Positions 8,555 through 15,624 of a stretch of DNA of 24,000 bases are shown in pieces. Every line of letters begins with the position of its first letter. The first letter of the stretch is position 1. The notes under the pieces are model-generated. The model did not search any database. It saw only the letters and a list, made by a program, of their open reading frames with translations, and was not told where the DNA came from. The stretch is from an uncultured bacterium (GTDB taxonomy: Bacteria > Vulcanimicrobiota > Vulcanimicrobiia > Vulcanimicrobiales > Vulcanimicrobiaceae): assembly GCA_964514445.1 (NCBI GenBank), contig CAZERJ010000004.1, forward strand, positions 23,666 through 47,665, in the 5' to 3' direction. The position numbers and the translations under genes were made by a program.

Positions 8555-9013
8555 TTACTGCAAAATGTGCAGTGTGAAAACCTGAGTACCGTTTGAACCG
8601 AGAGCTATGTTTTGCGCGCAGTCGCCGGCTGCGCGTGGAAATGCGGAGATGACGACCGTGGGTGTGGTTTGGCCTGAATAGGCGTCCGGCGCGATCAACG
8701 CATATGAAAGCGTTGCGATCGCGCTGCATGGTCCGCTGAGAATACGAGGGTTAGCCGCGGAAAATCCGGCGAGAAACGTTTGCGAGGACGGCACGACGCC
8801 GCCGGTCGGCACGCTATCGACGTAGACGAATTCCATTGCCGGTTGTGCCAATGAAAAGGAAAGCGTTGCCGGTTGATAGCGCACCTGTGCGCTCCATGGC
8901 GCCGCGGGCAGCGACGCGAGTGCGTCGGTTCCGAGCGCGGACGCGGCTCCGCCGCCGCATGCCGGCAGCACGACGAGTGCGAGGAGAAAGACAATCGCGG
9001 CGACCCATTTCAT
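8555..9013 (-). CDS. Lipoprotein of unknown function (152 aa)
   Basis: GGAGGG (9025->9020) lies 6 nt before ATG-9013. That start gives MKWVAAIVFLLALVVLPAC-GGGAAS, a signal peptide with lipobox LPAC. The rest of the protein is beta-rich. Confidence 0.75.
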   Translation of the reverse strand: MKWVAAIVFLLALVVLPACGGGAASALGTDALASLPAAPWSAQVRYQPATLSFSLAQPAMEFVYVDSVPTGGVVPSSQTFLAGFSAANPRILSGPCSAIATLSYALIAPDAYSGQTTPTVVISAFPRAAGDCAQNIALGSNGTQVFTLHILQ

Positions 9014-9093
9014 GAACAACCCTCCGTTGCTGCCATGGTACGCAGGGCCGGGGTCGCCGCGGTGCCGCTTATGGTGTCCTAGGTTTGCTTTTT

Positions 9094-9115
9094 AGTGTCC
9101 GAACCGGCGGACACT
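9094..9115. repeat. Perfect inverted repeat AGTGTCCG-N6-CGGACACT
   Basis: 8-bp arms at 9094-9101 and 9108-9115. The repeat lies 5 nt downstream of the ABM-like gene stop and upstream of the lipoprotein gene. On the transcribed (minus) strand it is followed by AAAAAG, not a U-tract. It contains the GGACAC motif. A further GGACACC (minus strand, 9079->9073) lies 21 bp downstream. Confidence 0.5.
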
Positions 9116-9120
9116 GAGCG

Positions 9121-9429
9121 TCAGGCGCGCGCCGGTGTGCGGTGATGCTCGATGATGCAGGCGCCTTCGTCGAGCGAAACGCGCTTAATTTTCATTTGCG
9201 GATAGTTGCGTTTGACGAACTCGACGGCGAGCTCGTTGGATTCTTTCTCGCCCGCCTCCGTTTCGAAGACGCTGACGGTATCGAGCGTGTCGCTTCCGGT
9301 TTTAATCGCGTAGTATCCGACGAAGCCGCTTACGTGTTTGAGGCGCGGGACGAAATCGTCCTCGAGCCGGTCCTTGAGATCGCGGTAGATTTCGGGCTCA
9401 ACGGTGTACCGGCGAATGGCCACGTGCAT
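9121..9429 (-). CDS. ABM/Dabb-like ferredoxin-fold protein (antibiotic-biosynthesis-monooxygenase-like), 102 aa
   Basis: ATG-9429 with AAGG 6 nt upstream. MHVAIRRYTVEPE...HVSGFVGYYAIKTGSDTLDTVSVFETEAGEKES fits the ABM-domain pattern (M.v.i..y.v......Gf..y......d....vs.fe.....). The 12 extra N-terminal residues in the track ORF are probably not translated. Confidence 0.65.
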   Translation of the reverse strand: MHVAIRRYTVEPEIYRDLKDRLEDDFVPRLKHVSGFVGYYAIKTGSDTLDTVSVFETEAGEKESNELAVEFVKRNYPQMKIKRVSLDEGACIIEHHRTPARA

Positions 9430-9501
9430 AATCGACCTTGCCTTTCCAGAAAGGAAGATAGGCACTGAGTATAGCGCTTCGAACGGGAGGGTGCACGGGG
9501 G

Positions 9502-11841
9502 TTAGGCGGCGGTTTTTATGCCGAGGGCTTCGCTGAGTTCGAGGGCGAGGGATTCGATGGCGGCGTGGGTTCCGATGAACCATTCGTATTCGGCCAAATG
9601 ATGCGGCATCGAGGACGTGACGCGTACGCAAAACTCGAAGATCTGTTCGCGATTGCTCGCTAGCACTGCCGGATCGCGCAGCGCCGCTTCGCAAAGATTA
9701 CGCATGACGCGCAAATCGCATGCCACGTTTGCGCCCAAGCTGTAGCGGCCGTTGGACGTGCAGATGATTTCCGGCTCGCCGCTTTGAAGGCGCGCGCGCC
9801 GTATCGTCATTTTCAGCGCGTTGGCCACGTCGTCGCACGCTTCGTCGGGCCACAGCATCGCGCACAATTCTTCACGAGTGACCGGCCGCGCCCGTACGGC
9901 AAGCGCGACAAGCAGATCGAAGACGCGGCGCGACACGTTAAGCGGAACGCCGCCGCGCTCCAGTGTGCCTTTTGTGATGCACAGCGATAGCGATTGCGGC
10001 GCGTCGCTCGGCGCTGCGAGTTTGCGGAAATGCAGGGCTGCTGCGCGCAGATGTCCGTCCGCGGGCAGTTCACCGGCGCGCAAACGTTCGAGCGCGTCGG
10101 CGACACGCGGTCCCAGATTCACGCTAAGTTCCGATGCTTCGCGCAGCAGATCGTCGCGGCGATTCGGATCGAATTCTGCCACGGCGACGCGAACGATCGT
10201 GCGGCCGAAGGTCCAGCCTGAGTTGTCGAGTTCTTGGAGCGCGCTGGCGAGCCGGGTTTGCGCTTCGTCCGCAGATTGCGCGCGTAGAGCCTGCATCCAA
10301 ACGCGGCTCGCGCGCAAAACCGGCGCTACAAAACGCTCGACCGGCATGCCGATACGCGCTTCGAGCGCTTTCAAACGTTCGCAGGCGTACTCGAACGTGG
10401 TAGCATCGCCCGCGAGTGCGGCTCCGCTTCCAAGTTCGTGCAGCGCGGCGGCTTCGTACACGTAGTGATCGGTCGGGGTGAACTCGACGGCACGCAGCAA
10501 AAACGTCTTTTCGGCTTCCCAGTTGCCGTCGAAGCGCGCCCGGCGCTTGTTGATGTCGTTCATCAGTGAAACGAGTGCAGGCGTTGCCGAGATAGACCCG
10601 CCCACGCCTTTCAAAAGATCCGTCGCGCGTGCGAGATCGCCACGTAACGAAAGTGACGCCGCCCACAGTGCGCGCACCGTGGCGTCCGGTTCGTTCGTTG
10701 CCATCTCGAACTGAGCGTCGGCTTCTTCGAAACGCCCTAACTCGCCGAGCATAAAGCCAAGCAATCCCCGGAGCACTCGCACCGTTGCCGCGTCTTCCGA
10801 ACCCTCGTAGCACGCAAGCAAGCTTTGCGCTTCACCGATCATGATCGGTGCGTCTACCGTTAGGCGGCGAAACGACCAGGAACCAGCCCACGTGCGGGCA
10901 TTCATCGTCAACAGCGCCTCGGGCAGGGCTCGCAGCGCCGCTTTGAGGTCGACGTCGGGACGCAGCACGTCACCGGATTCGAGAACCAGATACGTCAATG
11001 CGTCAAGCGGACGGCCCAGCTGCACGGCGATGCGCGCGGCACATGCGTAATTGCCGCATGCCAGGAACGCGTCAATAGCACTAGCGGCATTCGAACGCAA
11101 ATCTTCGCGGCACAGATCTTGCATCGCAGCTCGAAACATCGGGAAGACGTCCACCGCGCCGCCATTTTCGCGGATGATCCGGCGTTTGACGAGGTTGTTC
11201 AGCAGCGATCGAACGTTGCACGCGGGAAGTGCCTGGCGCAGCGATTCCTCGCGGAAATCTTCGATAGCTGCGGCAGTGAGGAGGGCAGTAAGTTCTTGAG
11301 CCGGCAGCGTGCGCAGGACGCGATCATAAAGGAAGCGGCGCATCGGCGCGTACGCGCTTGATGAGAGATCGCGAGCAACTTCCTCGCCCTCACTGCGCAG
11401 CACTCGCTGCATAAACGTGATTGTACCGGTGTGGCCGGCCGTTTGCTCGTACGCAAAGCGCGGAAACGACGGCGAACACGAATGCCCGAGAATCTCCGTC
11501 ATTTCGGGCAGCGTAAAGGCGAGATCGGCGTCGGTGAAGACTGCAACGCCCATCGGATCTTTATCAGCGAACGGGTTCGGGGCAGCAGGATCGGTCGCAG
11601 TTGCGACTATGAGTCTGCCTTCTTTAGGGTGTGAAAGAAGCAGGCGATACTGCTCTGCCTGTACAGGCGAGAGCGCGTCCCAGTCGTTCAATAGCGACAT
11701 ACTCGCCGGACCATAGATCTGCGCGACGTGCGCCAGCAAGAGAAGTTTGCCGGCACCGGTTTGACCTACGATATAGACGTAACGAACATCGCTGTCTGTG
11801 ATACGCGCCGCTAGGCGGTCTTGAATCATTATCACACCCAC
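9502..11841 (-). CDS. Large STAND-like regulator, paralog 2: same architecture as 5327..8014 but ending inside the BTAD
   Basis: 779-aa ORF, collinear with paralog 1 along its whole length.
- P-loop context: VRYVYIVGQTGAGKLLLL.
- Walker-B-like: VAVFTDADLAF.
- MalT-like arm: MRRFLYDRVLRTLPAQELTALLTAAAIED.
- Shared central motif: NWEAEKTFLLR.
- C-terminal wHTH: LNVSRRVFDLLVALAVRARPVTREELCAMLWP...ANALKMTIRRARLQ.
- It ends at ...AEYEWFIGTHAAIESLALELSEALGIKTAA, about 85 aa short of paralog 1.
- The start is GTG-11841 or ATG-11829. Confidence 0.9.
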   Translation of the reverse strand: MGVIMIQDRLAARITDSDVRYVYIVGQTGAGKLLLLAHVAQIYGPASMSLLNDWDALSPVQAEQYRLLLSHPKEGRLIVATATDPAAPNPFADKDPMGVAVFTDADLAFTLPEMTEILGHSCSPSFPRFAYEQTAGHTGTITFMQRVLRSEGEEVARDLSSSAYAPMRRFLYDRVLRTLPAQELTALLTAAAIEDFREESLRQALPACNVRSLLNNLVKRRIIRENGGAVDVFPMFRAAMQDLCREDLRSNAASAIDAFLACGNYACAARIAVQLGRPLDALTYLVLESGDVLRPDVDLKAALRALPEALLTMNARTWAGSWSFRRLTVDAPIMIGEAQSLLACYEGSEDAATVRVLRGLLGFMLGELGRFEEADAQFEMATNEPDATVRALWAASLSLRGDLARATDLLKGVGGSISATPALVSLMNDINKRRARFDGNWEAEKTFLLRAVEFTPTDHYVYEAAALHELGSGAALAGDATTFEYACERLKALEARIGMPVERFVAPVLRASRVWMQALRAQSADEAQTRLASALQELDNSGWTFGRTIVRVAVAEFDPNRRDDLLREASELSVNLGPRVADALERLRAGELPADGHLRAAALHFRKLAAPSDAPQSLSLCITKGTLERGGVPLNVSRRVFDLLVALAVRARPVTREELCAMLWPDEACDDVANALKMTIRRARLQSGEPEIICTSNGRYSLGANVACDLRVMRNLCEAALRDPAVLASNREQIFEFCVRVTSSMPHHLAEYEWFIGTHAAIESLALELSEALGIKTAA

Positions 11842-11905
11842 TCGTTTGTCATATCGGCGCGGTACGCAGAAAGTTTACGATGCTGGCGCCTGGTAGGGTT
11901 CCTCA

Positions 11906-11951
11906 ACGACACCTCTAGAGACACCGCGGAGACACATGTATCCCGTATCGT
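11906..11951 (+). promoter_or_regulatory. Three direct repeats (ACGACACC / GAGACACC / GAGACACA) at 12- and 11-bp spacing, plus a -10-like TATCGT; candidate SARP-type activator site and promoter of the pilus operon
   Basis: GACAC(C/A) occurs at 11908-11913, 11920-11925 and 11931-11936. TATCGT at 11946-11951 begins 9 bp after the third repeat. The site lies in the 176-bp divergent region between paralog 2 and the SCPU operon. Confidence 0.4.
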
Positions 11952-12017
11952 TAGCGCGTGGCCCGATGCGGCCGCTAAACAATCTCAATCTCTGTGTTAC
12001 AAGGACTTTATTAACTG

Positions 12018-12560
12018 ATGCTATTTTCTGCGCGCCGCATCCGCACGGCGCTCATCGCATGCTCTCTGCTCGGCGCGGCCGCTGCAATGCCGATGGCTTC
12101 TTACGCCGGCACCGCAAGCGGTACGGCTGCCATTTCGGCGAGCGTCATCAACAATTGCGTTTTCGGTACAAACTCGCTCTCGTTCGGCAACTATGATGCC
12201 GTGTCGGCGAATAAAACTGCGAACCTCACCGGCACCGGAACGGTCAACGTAACGTGCACCAGCGGCGACGCGTACACGATTACGGCAGACGCCGGCGCAA
12301 ACGGCACGCATGCCGGAACCGGCTTCACGCGTGCAATGAGCTACACGACGACCGGCACGACGCCGACGACGTACTATCTCAACTACGAGCTGTACATCGA
12401 CAGCGGTATGGCGAACATTTGGAACAGCACGAACAAACTGAGCCAGACGGGCTCGGGCGCAAGCCAGGCGATCAGCTTCTACGGCAAAGTCGGCAGCGGA
12501 CAAAATACCGTTCCGGCGGCCTCGTATAGCGACACCGTCAACCTGAGCATCACGTTCTAA
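12018..12560 (+). CDS. Spore-coat-protein-U (SCPU) domain fimbrial subunit, Csu-type major pilin candidate
   Basis: 180 aa. Signal peptide MLFSARRIRTALIACSLLGAAAAMPMASYA-GT. SCPU hallmarks are present: NNCVFGTNSLSFGNYD, VNVTCTSG, and the C-terminal ASYSDTVNLSITF. It is the first gene of a chaperone-usher operon. Confidence 0.9.
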   Translation: MLFSARRIRTALIACSLLGAAAAMPMASYAGTASGTAAISASVINNCVFGTNSLSFGNYDAVSANKTANLTGTGTVNVTCTSGDAYTITADAGANGTHAGTGFTRAMSYTTTGTTPTTYYLNYELYIDSGMANIWNSTNKLSQTGSGASQAISFYGKVGSGQNTVPAASYSDTVNLSITF

Positions 12561-12571
12561 TCCAACAGATA

Positions 12572-12619
12572 AAGGGCCGCTACTCCCCACTTAGCGGCCC
12601 TTTTCCCTATTTTCTTTTG
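12572..12619 (+). terminator. Intra-operon intrinsic terminator/attenuator between the major subunit and chaperone genes
   Basis: Perfect 11-bp stem AAGGGCCGCTA (12572-12582) / TAGCGGCCCTT (12592-12602), 9-nt loop, followed by the T-rich TTCCCTATTTTCTTTTG. Confidence 0.7.
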
Positions 12620-12640
12620 CAGTTTACTGGAGTATCACAC

Positions 12641-13363
12641 ATGGGCACGAAGCTTCGCGCCTTATCGCTTTTTGCAGCAGCAGCAATACTGTGCGCCGTT
12701 CCGGCGCACGCCGCGACGTTTGCTATCGATCCGACGCGTTTGGTTTTCTCGACGATGACGTCGGGCGACATCGTTGTCAGCAACATCAGCACGCAGCCGG
12801 TGCGCCTGTCGGTGCGGGCATACGACTGGACGCAAGATACGCGTAACGCCGAAATTCGCAATGTGACCGAAGCGGTCGCATTCTTTCCGCAAATCTTCAC
12901 GGTTGCACCCGGCAGCGCGCAACGGGTGCGCGTTGGTGCGCTCGGGGCACCGGCCGCTACGGAGCATGCGTACCGCTTGATCGTGTCGGAACTACCGCCG
13001 ATGCAGCGCGAGCCGATCGCCGGTTCGGGACTGCAAATTTTGACACGTGTTGACCTGCCGGTTTTCATCAGTGCAACGAACACGGCGAACGCGCACGTTG
13101 CGCTCGCGGGCGTGCAGCGGCTGAACGACGGCGTCAGCGTCACGCTGGCGAATAACGGAAACACGCACGCCGAGCAATCGGAGATGCGCGTCGAAGGTTT
13201 GGACGCGAGCGGACGCCATCTGTGGGACGGCAATGCACACGCGTTCTACGTGCTGGCCGGCAGCCGCATCGGCGTTCGGATTAACGCACCCCCGCATCTC
13301 ATGAGCGCTACGCGATCTGTCCGCGTCTCATGGGACCGGCAGCAGTGGTCCGAGCGGCTCTAG
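12641..13363 (+). CDS. Periplasmic fimbrial chaperone (PapD-fold, CsuC-like)
   Basis: GGAG (12629-12632) lies 8 nt before ATG-12641. Signal peptide MGTKLRALSLFAAAAILCAVPAHA-AT. Motifs IDPTRLVF, YRLIVSELPP and LQILTRVDLPVFI match the chaperone N-domain pattern. The gene sits between a pilin gene and an usher gene. Confidence 0.85.
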   Translation: MGTKLRALSLFAAAAILCAVPAHAATFAIDPTRLVFSTMTSGDIVVSNISTQPVRLSVRAYDWTQDTRNAEIRNVTEAVAFFPQIFTVAPGSAQRVRVGALGAPAATEHAYRLIVSELPPMQREPIAGSGLQILTRVDLPVFISATNTANAHVALAGVQRLNDGVSVTLANNGNTHAEQSEMRVEGLDASGRHLWDGNAHAFYVLAGSRIGVRINAPPHLMSATRSVRVSWDRQQWSERL

Positions 13364-15624
13364 CCGCATTCCTTATCGCGGTCCTGAGCTCTGCGCAATG
13401 TCTTGCGCAGAGCGACCGCATTATTGCCGACTTTACCTGGAACGGTGTAGCGCAGCCGCGCGCGCTCGTCGTGCTCAGGGACGGCGATGCCTTGATTTCG
13501 ACGCGCGTGCTCGAGCAATTCGGCGTCGCGGCTAAGGGCCGGTGTCTGCAAACGATCGAGGGCGCGTGTTTCGTTTCGCTCAACGCACTGCGTCCGGCGG
13601 TGACGTATCAGTTCGATATGCAGAACCTTGAACTGAAGGTGCAGACCGCTGCTGCGCTGTTGCCGCGCACGACCGTCAAAGTGATGACCACTCCGGCACC
13701 GTACAGCGATGATTTCGCGGCGGGCGCGAGTATGAATTACTCGCTGCGCAGCGACTTTCAGAACGCGTGGACCGGATCCTTCGATGCCCGCTACGCATGG
13801 CGGCGAAACGCCGTCTTTGAAACGACGGCCGGACGCTCGCTGAGCGGAAACATCGAACGCGGCCTTTCGTCGCTGACCTTCGATGCACCGGGTGCCATGC
13901 GGCGAGCAGTTTTGGGCGACACGATGCTTTCCGCCGGGCCGCTCGACGGTGCGGGCATCATCGCCGGCATTTCGGTGCAGCGAGAATTCTCACTCGATCC
14001 GTATGAAGTCACGTTTCCAACGCCCTCGCTGCGAACCACGGTCACGCGCCCATCGCAAGCCGACGTGTACGTCAATGGCGCGCTTGTGAAAAGCATCGAT
14101 TTACCGCCGGGCGTGTACAACTTGACGGATATTCCGATTGTGTCCGGTTATTCGGACGCGCGTGTGGTGGTGCGCGATGAATTCGGGGCGCGATCGAACG
14201 ATTTACTGCAATACGGTGCAACTTCGCTGCTGCGCCCCGGATTGACGGATTATCATTATAGTGTCGGCTTGATTCGCGGCACGCATGGTCCCAATGGGTA
14301 CGGGACGCCGGCAGCGTCGGCATTTTACCGCATCGGAACGGGCAGTCAGGCCACGTTCGGCGGCGCACTTCAAGCGACGCCGGGTGATTTTACCGCCTCG
14401 TTCCAGATGGATCGTACGCTCGGTTTCGGTGTGCTCGAGAGTTCCGTTGCAGCCAGCCGTGGAAACGACGGCACCGGCGATGCGTTCTCGATCGCGTACG
14501 GGAATAGCGGACGGCACAGCGCGACGGGCATTGAAGCGCAGTGGCAGAGTGCCTCGTACCGCAAGATTACCGACAGCGCGCAGTTCGAAACAATTCTTGC
14601 CGATGCGGCGGTCTCGCAGATGGAGCGGCTTGGAGCGGGCACGACCGTTTCGTTTATCGCGCGCTACAGCAAATATTTACGTGAAGGTATTGTGCGTTCT
14701 GCGAGCGTTGCGCTCACGCAGCGCCTCGGCGCCTGGGATCTGACGGCGCAATACACGCGCGGCATGCAAAGCAGCGGGCTCTCGCGGCGCATCTCGGACA
14801 TTGCGATTTCGATCAACCGCTCGCTCAACGGACGCGATACGCAAACGATGCAGTACGACTCGGCGAGCGGCGATTCCACGATGACCGTCAGTCACACGAA
14901 CAATTCGCCGCTGGGTGTTTCGTATCGCGCGGGTGCCGATGCGCACGGGGCGGTTCCATTCGTTGCGGCGGTCGATGCGGGTCTTCCGTTTGCTACCGTC
15001 CATGCGAACGCGGCGTATATGCGGCACGAGCACGCGCCGTCAGGGAGCCTTGAAGTAGACGGTGGCGTTGTGTATGGCGAGCGGCATCTCTTCTTCTCGC
15101 AGCCCGTGGGCGATGGGTACGCGATTGTCGACGCAGCCGGACTGGGCGGCGCGTCGCTTTCGCTTGACGGCCAAACCGCGGGCAAAACCGGCCGCGCCGG
15201 ATATGCGCTGCTACCGTGGCTCGCGTCGAATCAAGCAAACAGCATCGGCATTTCAAACGCCGGATTGCCGCTCGAAGATATCGTCGACGCGAACGAGCGT
15301 CGCGTCGGCCCCGGTTATCATGCCGGAACGCTGGTGCATTTTTCAACGCAGCGCGTGCATGCGCTGTATGGACGGGTGCAGATTTTGGCCGGCGGCGCGA
15401 CGCGCATTCCGGCGTACGGCGAAATCGATCTCCTCGATGCGAGCGGCAAAACGCTGGCGAGCTCGCCGATCGACGATGAAGGGCGCTTCTTTTTAGAGCG
15501 CGTGAGCGAGGGAACGTATCACGCGGCAATTGCCGACGTTCACGGCGAGTGTGATATGACGCTGAACGTTGCCAATTTCAACACTCCGTCGCATGACGTG
15601 GGAACGCTGGTATGCGGGCGGTAA
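13330..15624 (+). CDS. Outer-membrane fimbrial usher (CsuD-like)
   Basis: 764 aa. Signal peptide AALAAFLIAVLSSAQCLAQS. The body has beta-barrel-like composition. The motif GVYNLTDIPIVSGYSDARVVVRDEFG matches the usher pattern G.f.l.dl...sG...v.v.e..G. The C-terminal domain is beta-sandwich-like (YGRVQILAGG...GTYHAAI). It overlaps the chaperone gene by 34 nt; GTG-13345 is an alternative start. Confidence 0.85.
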   Translation: MGPAAVVRAALAAFLIAVLSSAQCLAQSDRIIADFTWNGVAQPRALVVLRDGDALISTRVLEQFGVAAKGRCLQTIEGACFVSLNALRPAVTYQFDMQNLELKVQTAAALLPRTTVKVMTTPAPYSDDFAAGASMNYSLRSDFQNAWTGSFDARYAWRRNAVFETTAGRSLSGNIERGLSSLTFDAPGAMRRAVLGDTMLSAGPLDGAGIIAGISVQREFSLDPYEVTFPTPSLRTTVTRPSQADVYVNGALVKSIDLPPGVYNLTDIPIVSGYSDARVVVRDEFGARSNDLLQYGATSLLRPGLTDYHYSVGLIRGTHGPNGYGTPAASAFYRIGTGSQATFGGALQATPGDFTASFQMDRTLGFGVLESSVAASRGNDGTGDAFSIAYGNSGRHSATGIEAQWQSASYRKITDSAQFETILADAAVSQMERLGAGTTVSFIARYSKYLREGIVRSASVALTQRLGAWDLTAQYTRGMQSSGLSRRISDIAISINRSLNGRDTQTMQYDSASGDSTMTVSHTNNSPLGVSYRAGADAHGAVPFVAAVDAGLPFATVHANAAYMRHEHAPSGSLEVDGGVVYGERHLFFSQPVGDGYAIVDAAGLGGASLSLDGQTAGKTGRAGYALLPWLASNQANSIGISNAGLPLEDIVDANERRVGPGYHAGTLVHFSTQRVHALYGRVQILAGGATRIPAYGEIDLLDASGKTLASSPIDDEGRFFLERVSEGTYHAAIADVHGECDMTLNVANFNTPSHDVGTLVCGR

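Noticed and set aside
8538-8729. N-terminal 64-aa extension of track ORF 8217..8729
   Set aside because: It overlaps the 3' end of the lipoprotein gene in another frame and is highly basic (RHLRISTRSRRLRAKHSSRFKR). The internal ATG-8537 has an SD and sits just after the lipoprotein stop.
9094-9115. Inverted repeat considered as the rho-independent terminator of the ABM-like gene
   Set aside because: On the transcribed minus strand the hairpin is followed by an A-rich tract, not a U-rich one. The T-run lies on the wrong side, so it is not a canonical intrinsic terminator. I kept it as a regulatory or RNA-structure candidate instead.
9784-10813. Multiple 60-230-aa ORFs inside the second regulator gene (for example 9821..10465 + and 10124..10813 -); similar ORFs occur inside the first (5416..7974)
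   Set aside because: They are alternate-frame or antisense ORFs within long genes that are convincingly conserved between the two paralogs. Their translations are Arg/Ser/Pro-rich with no motifs.
12021-13233. 189-aa and 208-aa minus-strand ORFs antisense to the SCPU subunit and chaperone genes
   Set aside because: They are Arg-rich shadow ORFs, and the + strand genes have signal peptides and family motifs.
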